IMG/VR virus record: IMGVR_UViG_3300032322_002674
Coordinates: 109,458 to 173,457 of that record
Length of the DNA stretch: 64,000 bases
Origin: a virus
Lineage: Duplodnaviria > Heunggongvirae > Uroviricota > Caudoviricetes
Strand: one strand, 5' to 3'
The notes beneath the pieces are model-generated. The model saw only the letters and a program-made list of their open reading frames with translations, had not been told where the DNA came from and ran no database searches. Both the position numbers and the translations under genes were made by a program. Below are positions 58,929 to 64,000 of this stretch, piece by piece; positions within the stretch are counted from its first letter, which is position 1, and each line of letters begins with the position of its first letter.

Positions 58929-59152
58929 AGTTATGAAGATACTTTTATTTTGTTTTTATTGGTTGTATGGATTGTAAACAAAAAACCTATGAAATTAAAA
59001 TTACTTATTGTGATGATAGAGAAGATGAATACCTACTTATTTTTGGTATAAAACATTCCCTAACTTTTACCTATCGTGAGGCAGTTCCTAATGTAAAATT
59101 GTATTCAACAGGAAGAAAATATATAAATGTTTGTGATTTAACATAAAAGTTT

Positions 59153-59479
59153 ATGATGAAACGAAATACAAATAAATCAGAATTTTATTATCATGCAGAT
59201 TATTCAATTACCACTTATCGTTTAAAGGAAGGTATCACCAATAATTTTATTATAAAAAATATTAAGGATTGGGTTGGTAAATATAATGAATATTGTGAAG
59301 AAAGAAAAACCAAAGACTATAAAGATAGGGAACAAAAAGAAATTCCTGAATATGAATTTAATAGTGAAAATTGGTTAAAAATTACCAAAGATTTGAATCT
59401 CAACCCACAAACAAAATTGGTAATAATTTGTTATAGACAAACTCATCACCATGTTTTAAAATTAAAATTATCAAAATAA
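59153..59479 (+). CDS. hypothetical protein
   Basis: 108-aa ORF. Confidence 0.35.
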   Translation: MMKRNTNKSEFYYHADYSITTYRLKEGITNNFIIKNIKDWVGKYNEYCEERKTKDYKDREQKEIPEYEFNSENWLKITKDLNLNPQTKLVIICYRQTHHHVLKLKLSK

Positions 59480-59720
59480 CTTCACTATGAAAGTTTTAAT
59501 TGATGATTTGGGTTGTTATTTTATTTCTGATGGTAAGATATTCAGAAGTGGTTGTTTTTCCTTTAAAGAAGGTCAAGAGTTAACTGATAAGGATATAAAT
59601 AAATTTTCATCAACAAAAATTAAATTTAAAGAAAATAATTTGGATGAACAAAAAACCAAACAAATAAATTTTACACCAAAGAAATTTAAACCACAACCTA
59701 AAAAACGTGCATGGTTATAA

Positions 59721-60242
59721 ATGAATTCTGCCCAATCTGATATTGATTTTTTTGGTAAATTTGTGGAAACAAAAGTGATAATGAATAAAATAACCAATCC
59801 ATCTGATATTAAGAATTTTATATTCGCAGGGAATTCCACTTTTACTTTAAAGAATCCCAACACAAATAAACATTTTACTTATAAAGTATATAATCCAAAT
59901 AAAAACAAAGAAAAAGAAGATATTTTCTTTGTTAAAGTACTTACAGGAACAGATAACGAAACTGATTATAGTTATATTGGTTATGTTAAAAATAGTGAAT
60001 ATTATCATGGAAAATCTAATAAAACAAAAATAAGTTCTAATTCACCTTCTGTTTTGGGTTTTATGTATTTGTTGAATAATATTGAGAATCTTAAATTGGA
60101 ATTCATGCACGAAGGTCGTTGTGGAAGATGTGGAAGAAAGTTAACACATCCTGAAAGTTTGGAAAATGGAATTGGTCCTGAATGCTCATCAATAATTGAA
60201 AAAAATATTTTTAATAAAAAACAATCAAAAATTAAATTTTAA
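59721..60242 (+). CDS. hypothetical protein with C-terminal zinc-ribbon-like CxxC...C motif
   Basis: 'HEGRCGRCGRKLTHPESLENGIGPECS'. Confidence 0.35.
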   Translation: MNSAQSDIDFFGKFVETKVIMNKITNPSDIKNFIFAGNSTFTLKNPNTNKHFTYKVYNPNKNKEKEDIFFVKVLTGTDNETDYSYIGYVKNSEYYHGKSNKTKISSNSPSVLGFMYLLNNIENLKLEFMHEGRCGRCGRKLTHPESLENGIGPECSSIIEKNIFNKKQSKIKF

Positions 60243-60246
60243 TATT

Positions 60247-61695
60247 ATGTCAGTAGAAAAAAATCCACTTTTAGGTCTTGATGTTTACAAAATGGGTCAC
60301 ATGGAACAATATGTTCCTGGTTGTAATAAAGTATATAACCATTTGGTTGCACGTTCAGATAAACATTTTAAGGATGTTCTTTATTATGGTCAACAAGGTA
60401 TTTTAAAAAAATATCTTTCTCGTTTTATTACTGAAAGTAACGTTGATGAACATCTTAGATATAAAAAACATATCTTAGGTTCAGAAGGAAATAACAGTAG
60501 AAAACAATTAATGGATTTATTAAAATTAGGTTATTTTCCTTTACATATAAAATCTGTACCAGAAGGTACAATAATACCAACTAAACAAGTATTACAAACA
60601 ATAGTATCAACACATGATGATTTTCATTGGTTGCCAGGTTTTTTTGAATCTTTAATTTTAAAAGTTTGGTTTCCAACAACAGTTGCATCTTGTGTTTATA
60701 AATATAGAAAATTAGTTGAAGAAAAGTTTAAATTAGTTGATTTAGAAAATCATTGGAAAAAAGATTATACAGTACATGATTTTGGGTATAGAAGTGATTC
60801 AAGTGAAGAATCTGCTGCAATTTCTGGAAGTGCATTTTTATTAAGTTCTTATGGTAGTGATACTGTATCATCTATTCCTTTTATATTAGATTATTATAAT
60901 GGTTCTTTAGATGATAATATAATGAAATCTGTTCCTGCATCAGAACATTCTGTTATGTGTAGTTTTGGTCGTGAAGATGAATTAGCTGCCTTTGAAAATA
61001 TGTTAAAACTTTATCCTGATGGTATTGTGTCAATAGTTTCAGATACATATAATGTATATAAAGTGTTAACAGAATTTGCAACAAAATTAAAACCACAAAT
61101 TTTATCAAGAGAAGGTAAGGTAGTTTTTAGACCTGATTCTGGTAATCCTGAATATATAATTTGCGGTAATCCTGAATCAGAAGAAGATTCTTTGGAATGG
61201 AAGGGTGCAATAAGATTGTTGGATGAAGTTTTTGGTCATACAATAAATAAACAAGGTTTAAAGGTTTTAAATGATAAAGTTGGTTTAATTTATGGTGATG
61301 GTCAGTATTATGAAAGATATGAAAGAACATTAAATAAATTAATTGAAATGGGATATTCACCAGAAAATTTGGTTATTGGGGTTGGTGGTATTATGCGTAA
61401 TCATTCAAGAGATACTTTAGGTTTCGCATTAAAGGCAACTTATGTTGAAGTAAATGGTCAACCAATAGAAATTATGAAAGACCCAATTACTGATACTGGT
61501 AAAAAATCGTTAAAGGGGTTAATGAGATTGGATTACGAAAATAATCAATTTATAACAAAAGACCAAGTATCATGGGAAGAAGAAAGGGGTGGTTTGCTTG
61601 AAACTGTTTATTATAATGGTAAAATTGTTAAAGAATATTCATTTAATGAAATTCGTGAAAGAGTAAAAAATAGTTTATGTCAAAAACAGAATTAA
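60247..61695 (+). CDS. nadV: nicotinamide phosphoribosyltransferase (NAMPT/NadV)
   Basis: 'NPLLGLDVYKMGH', 'HIKSVPEGTIIP', 'HDFGYRSDSSEESAAISGSAFLL', 'SIVSDTYNVYK', 'RPDSGNP', 'GDGQYYE', 'VIGVGGIM' all align with the NAMPT motifs (NILLATDSYKVTH, IKAVPEG, HDFGYRGVSS, SVVSDSYD, RPDSGNP). Start placed at the Met preceding 'SVEKNPLL'. Confidence 0.9.
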   Translation: MSVEKNPLLGLDVYKMGHMEQYVPGCNKVYNHLVARSDKHFKDVLYYGQQGILKKYLSRFITESNVDEHLRYKKHILGSEGNNSRKQLMDLLKLGYFPLHIKSVPEGTIIPTKQVLQTIVSTHDDFHWLPGFFESLILKVWFPTTVASCVYKYRKLVEEKFKLVDLENHWKKDYTVHDFGYRSDSSEESAAISGSAFLLSSYGSDTVSSIPFILDYYNGSLDDNIMKSVPASEHSVMCSFGREDELAAFENMLKLYPDGIVSIVSDTYNVYKVLTEFATKLKPQILSREGKVVFRPDSGNPEYIICGNPESEEDSLEWKGAIRLLDEVFGHTINKQGLKVLNDKVGLIYGDGQYYERYERTLNKLIEMGYSPENLVIGVGGIMRNHSRDTLGFALKATYVEVNGQPIEIMKDPITDTGKKSLKGLMRLDYENNQFITKDQVSWEEERGGLLETVYYNGKIVKEYSFNEIRERVKNSLCQKQN

Positions 61696-61895
61696 TTGAA
61701 GAAATTATTCCAAAAATAACAAATTCCTATGAAAAAGTAATTGAAATAGGAAAAGTTAAATGGTTAATAGTTTCACATAATATTATTATTCCTTATGGAG
61801 TTGTTTTAAATCTAAAAACATTAGGTGCAACAAATAGAATTCCTTTGGAAAGATTAACAAATGAAGAGTTAGAAAATTTAAAAAAATTAATATGA
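61677..61895 (+). CDS. hypothetical small protein
   Basis: 72-aa ORF coupled between nadV and the prs-like gene. Confidence 0.35.
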   Translation: MSKTELIEEIIPKITNSYEKVIEIGKVKWLIVSHNIIIPYGVVLNLKTLGATNRIPLERLTNEELENLKKLI

Positions 61896-62719
61896 TAATA
61901 AATCTTAACGGTGTTAGGCAGACCAATCAATATAATGCATGGATTTTTCCAGGTGGTGAAATACATTTAAAATTAAATGATTCGGTTATTGAAAAGTTAT
62001 CTGTTTGTAACCCCAATTCTATAATACTGATAGATTGGTATTTTAAGGGTTCTGATGACCTTTTATTGTTGATGTTGATGGTTGATACCATTAATAAGGA
62101 TTTTGATGTTAAAATTGAGGTAATGATTAGATATTTTCCTTATCAACAAGCAGATAGGGATTTTGGTGTGGGTGAATGTTTTTCCTTAAAAACTATAACA
62201 AAAATACTAAACACTTTGGAAGTTAAAAAGTTTTTTGTTTTTGATTCACATTCAGATGTTGCACCTGCATTATTAAATAAATGTGTAAGAATTGATAATA
62301 AATCTTTTATTGAATGGGTTGTAAATATAATAGGAAGAAAAGATTTGAAATTATTATCAAGTGATGCAGGTTCTTTTAAAAAGATTTTCAAACTATCAGA
62401 AAATTTGGGATTTATTCCTGTGGTTTCTGCATCAAAGTATCGTGATGAACAAACAAGAAATATAGTAACAGTAATTCCACCTGTAAAAGATTGTGATTTA
62501 CTCTTGGTTGACGATATTTGTCTTGGTGGCAAAACGTTTATTAATATTGCAGAACAATTAAGAAAAAATGGATTTAATGGTAAATTGTATCTTGCAATAA
62601 GTCATGGAATTTTTTCAAATGGTTATGATGATTTGGAAAAACATTTTGAAATGATTTTTACCACAAATTCAAGATACTCCGATAAAAGAGAAAAGATAAA
62701 GGTTTTTAATTTGCATTAA
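61892..62719 (+). CDS. prs: ribose-phosphate pyrophosphokinase (PRPP synthetase)-like protein
   Basis: 'FPGGEIHLKL' (Prs FSDGEVSVQI), 'DLLLLMLMVDTINKDFDVKIEVMIRYFPYQQADRD' (Prs [35 protein letters not shown]), 'LLLVDDICLGGKT' (PRPP-binding VDDxxDTGGT), 'SHGIFS'. Confidence 0.65.
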   Translation: MIINLNGVRQTNQYNAWIFPGGEIHLKLNDSVIEKLSVCNPNSIILIDWYFKGSDDLLLLMLMVDTINKDFDVKIEVMIRYFPYQQADRDFGVGECFSLKTITKILNTLEVKKFFVFDSHSDVAPALLNKCVRIDNKSFIEWVVNIIGRKDLKLLSSDAGSFKKIFKLSENLGFIPVVSASKYRDEQTRNIVTVIPPVKDCDLLLVDDICLGGKTFINIAEQLRKNGFNGKLYLAISHGIFSNGYDDLEKHFEMIFTTNSRYSDKREKIKVFNLH

Positions 62720-62750
62720 TATTTACCAAAATTTTTTGTATTTTTGATTT

Positions 62751-63305
62751 ATGAAAAAAATAGAAAAAATTTTACAAGAAATATTTAGTGTATTTTTTGG
62801 GAAAAGTTTTATTGTAACTTATTTAATTAGGGGTAAAGAAATTACTCAATTTAATCTTGTAACCATTAGTGTTATTTATATATCATCCCTACAAACAAAG
62901 GTTGATTTGATTGAATATGATGAATTTGTTAAATGGGAAAAAAGGGAACTTAAAAAACAAGATTTTTCTCGTTTAATGAATGAATATTTTCGTGATGTTA
63001 AACATCATTGGGAATATTCAGGAAAAAAGTTCAGAAAAATGGAAAATTTTGAACAGAAAGGTAATTCTTTATCATCAAATTATCAGTTGGGTAAACAAGT
63101 ACCTTACCATAAATTAGAAAAAAAAGAATGGTTAGGTAATTTAATTTTGGTTTATCATTGGGGTAGAATTTATTATCATACAATTTCTTACGGTGGTGAA
63201 GGTGTTGGTCAATTAGTTTGTCCAAAAACTTTTAATCTTTTAAGATGGTGCAGATTAAAACATTGTTCCCCAGTTTTTTGTATAACTGATAAAAGGATTT
63301 GTTAA
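62751..63305 (+). CDS. hypothetical protein
   Basis: 184-aa ORF. Confidence 0.4.
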   Translation: MKKIEKILQEIFSVFFGKSFIVTYLIRGKEITQFNLVTISVIYISSLQTKVDLIEYDEFVKWEKRELKKQDFSRLMNEYFRDVKHHWEYSGKKFRKMENFEQKGNSLSSNYQLGKQVPYHKLEKKEWLGNLILVYHWGRIYYHTISYGGEGVGQLVCPKTFNLLRWCRLKHCSPVFCITDKRIC

Positions 63306-63328
63306 TATGATTTTACATAATTTAAAAT

Positions 63329-63661
63329 ATGATAATTAGAAAATTTAAAAGAAACGAGGTTTTTGTTTATAAACCCAATGGTGAATTATTATGTTCTGCT
63401 GATGAATATACCATAATGGATATTCAAATTCAAATTGCAGAACAAAAACTAAAGGGTTATTATTATACTTTTGAAACAAATAATGGTGATATATTAAGGG
63501 GAGAAATTACCGAAAAAGGTGAGTTAACCAATTGGTTTTCAGGGATGTTTGACTTAACTCAAATTTTATTTTGCAAATTAATTAATGTTAGAAAAGAAAC
63601 TTATCAAAATGAAATGGAAGAACGTATAGACCAAATGATAGAAGAAGAATATGAAATTTGA
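63329..63661 (+). CDS. hypothetical protein
   Basis: 110-aa ORF. Confidence 0.4.
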   Translation: MIIRKFKRNEVFVYKPNGELLCSADEYTIMDIQIQIAEQKLKGYYYTFETNNGDILRGEITEKGELTNWFSGMFDLTQILFCKLINVRKETYQNEMEERIDQMIEEEYEI

Positions 63662-63914
63662 AATTGAGCAGTTAAAGTTATTTATAATGGCATTTTTACA
63701 AGTGTTCTTTACTTGTATGAATATTGTTTTTATAACAAATAACATGATTTTTCTGATGTTTATAACAGGTTTTGTAATATCATTTATTTGGTCAGGAAAT
63801 GTTAAAACCGTTGTTTTTGGAACATTAAAGGAAAGATTCACTTATTCTTTGGGTGGAAGTTTTGGTGTTATTTGCGGATACTGGGTATCAAATTTTATAT
63901 TATCTTTGTTATAA
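63651..63914 (+). CDS. small membrane protein
   Basis: Two or three TM segments. Confidence 0.35.
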   Translation: MKFEIEQLKLFIMAFLQVFFTCMNIVFITNNMIFLMFITGFVISFIWSGNVKTVVFGTLKERFTYSLGGSFGVICGYWVSNFILSLL

Positions 63915-64000
63915 AATAATTACCATTATGGTAAAAACATCAAAAAACATAATGAAACATGTCTGAAAAATCGGTTAAAAAGAAAAAGAAAAAAGGGGAA

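Noticed and set aside
62143-62532. 129-aa minus-strand ORF inside the prs-like gene.
   Set aside because: It is antisense to a gene with strong Prs motifs.
1-64000. Giant eukaryotic virus origin, suggested by the extreme AT richness and the NadV/MetK/DHFR content.
   Set aside because: A CRISPR array with Cas3/Cas6, Bacteroidota-type TAnnTTTG promoters, rho-independent terminators, a PhoH, and a T7-like zinc-finger/TOPRIM primase all indicate a prokaryotic virus or mobile element.
1-64000. cas1/cas2/cas4 hidden among the unassigned small ORFs.
   Set aside because: None of the flanking ORFs shows Cas1 (acidic metal-binding triad in about 300 aa), Cas2 (about 90 aa, conserved N-terminal Asp) or Cas4 (RecB nuclease + 4 Cys) features. 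Absence from the window is stated, not absence from the genome.

Overview
The window is very AT-rich (roughly 70% A+T by eye) and densely coding, mostly on the + strand, with many small ORFs. By gene content it looks like part of a large bacteriophage or phage-like element rather than a bacterial chromosome. Supporting genes: PhoH-like ATPase, a zinc-finger/TOPRIM DNA primase, a PGRP/amidase_2-like lysis candidate with adjacent small membrane proteins, the UV-damage endonuclease UvdE, DHFR, MetK, a SpeD-like protein, NadV plus a Prs-like enzyme, and a tRNA-Lys(UUU). Several putative promoters match the Bacteroidota -7 element TAnnTTTG, which suggests a Bacteroidota host.

The most striking feature is a compact type I CRISPR-Cas locus at about 4.4 to 10.0 kb with no adaptation genes. 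It consists of Cas3 (HD nuclease plus helicase), a Cas7-like subunit, a second unassigned Cascade subunit, Cas6, and a 36-bp-repeat array of 8 intact plus 2 degenerate repeats. The spacers are clearly more GC-rich than the surrounding genome. No cas1, cas2 or cas4 is visible anywhere in the window.

Other notable items:
- Three paralogous proteins carry a Tpt1/KptA-like 'YHxT...GLxPK' ADP-ribosyltransferase-fold motif. One of them is truncated by an IS200/IS605 TnpB remnant.
- A glycosyltransferase, oxidoreductase and epimerase cluster sits at 12.3 to 19.7 kb.
- Two roughly 530-aa paralogs in inverted orientation flank the SpeD-like cassette.
- A TATAACGGTTGCAAATAT-like motif recurs upstream of five genes.
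- A TTTGTATCTTTAC promoter-like motif recurs upstream of at least six genes.
- A structured intergenic ncRNA candidate ends in a clean terminator.
- One gene is split by a frameshift.

All calls rest on motif-level reading of the supplied translations. No database searches were run.
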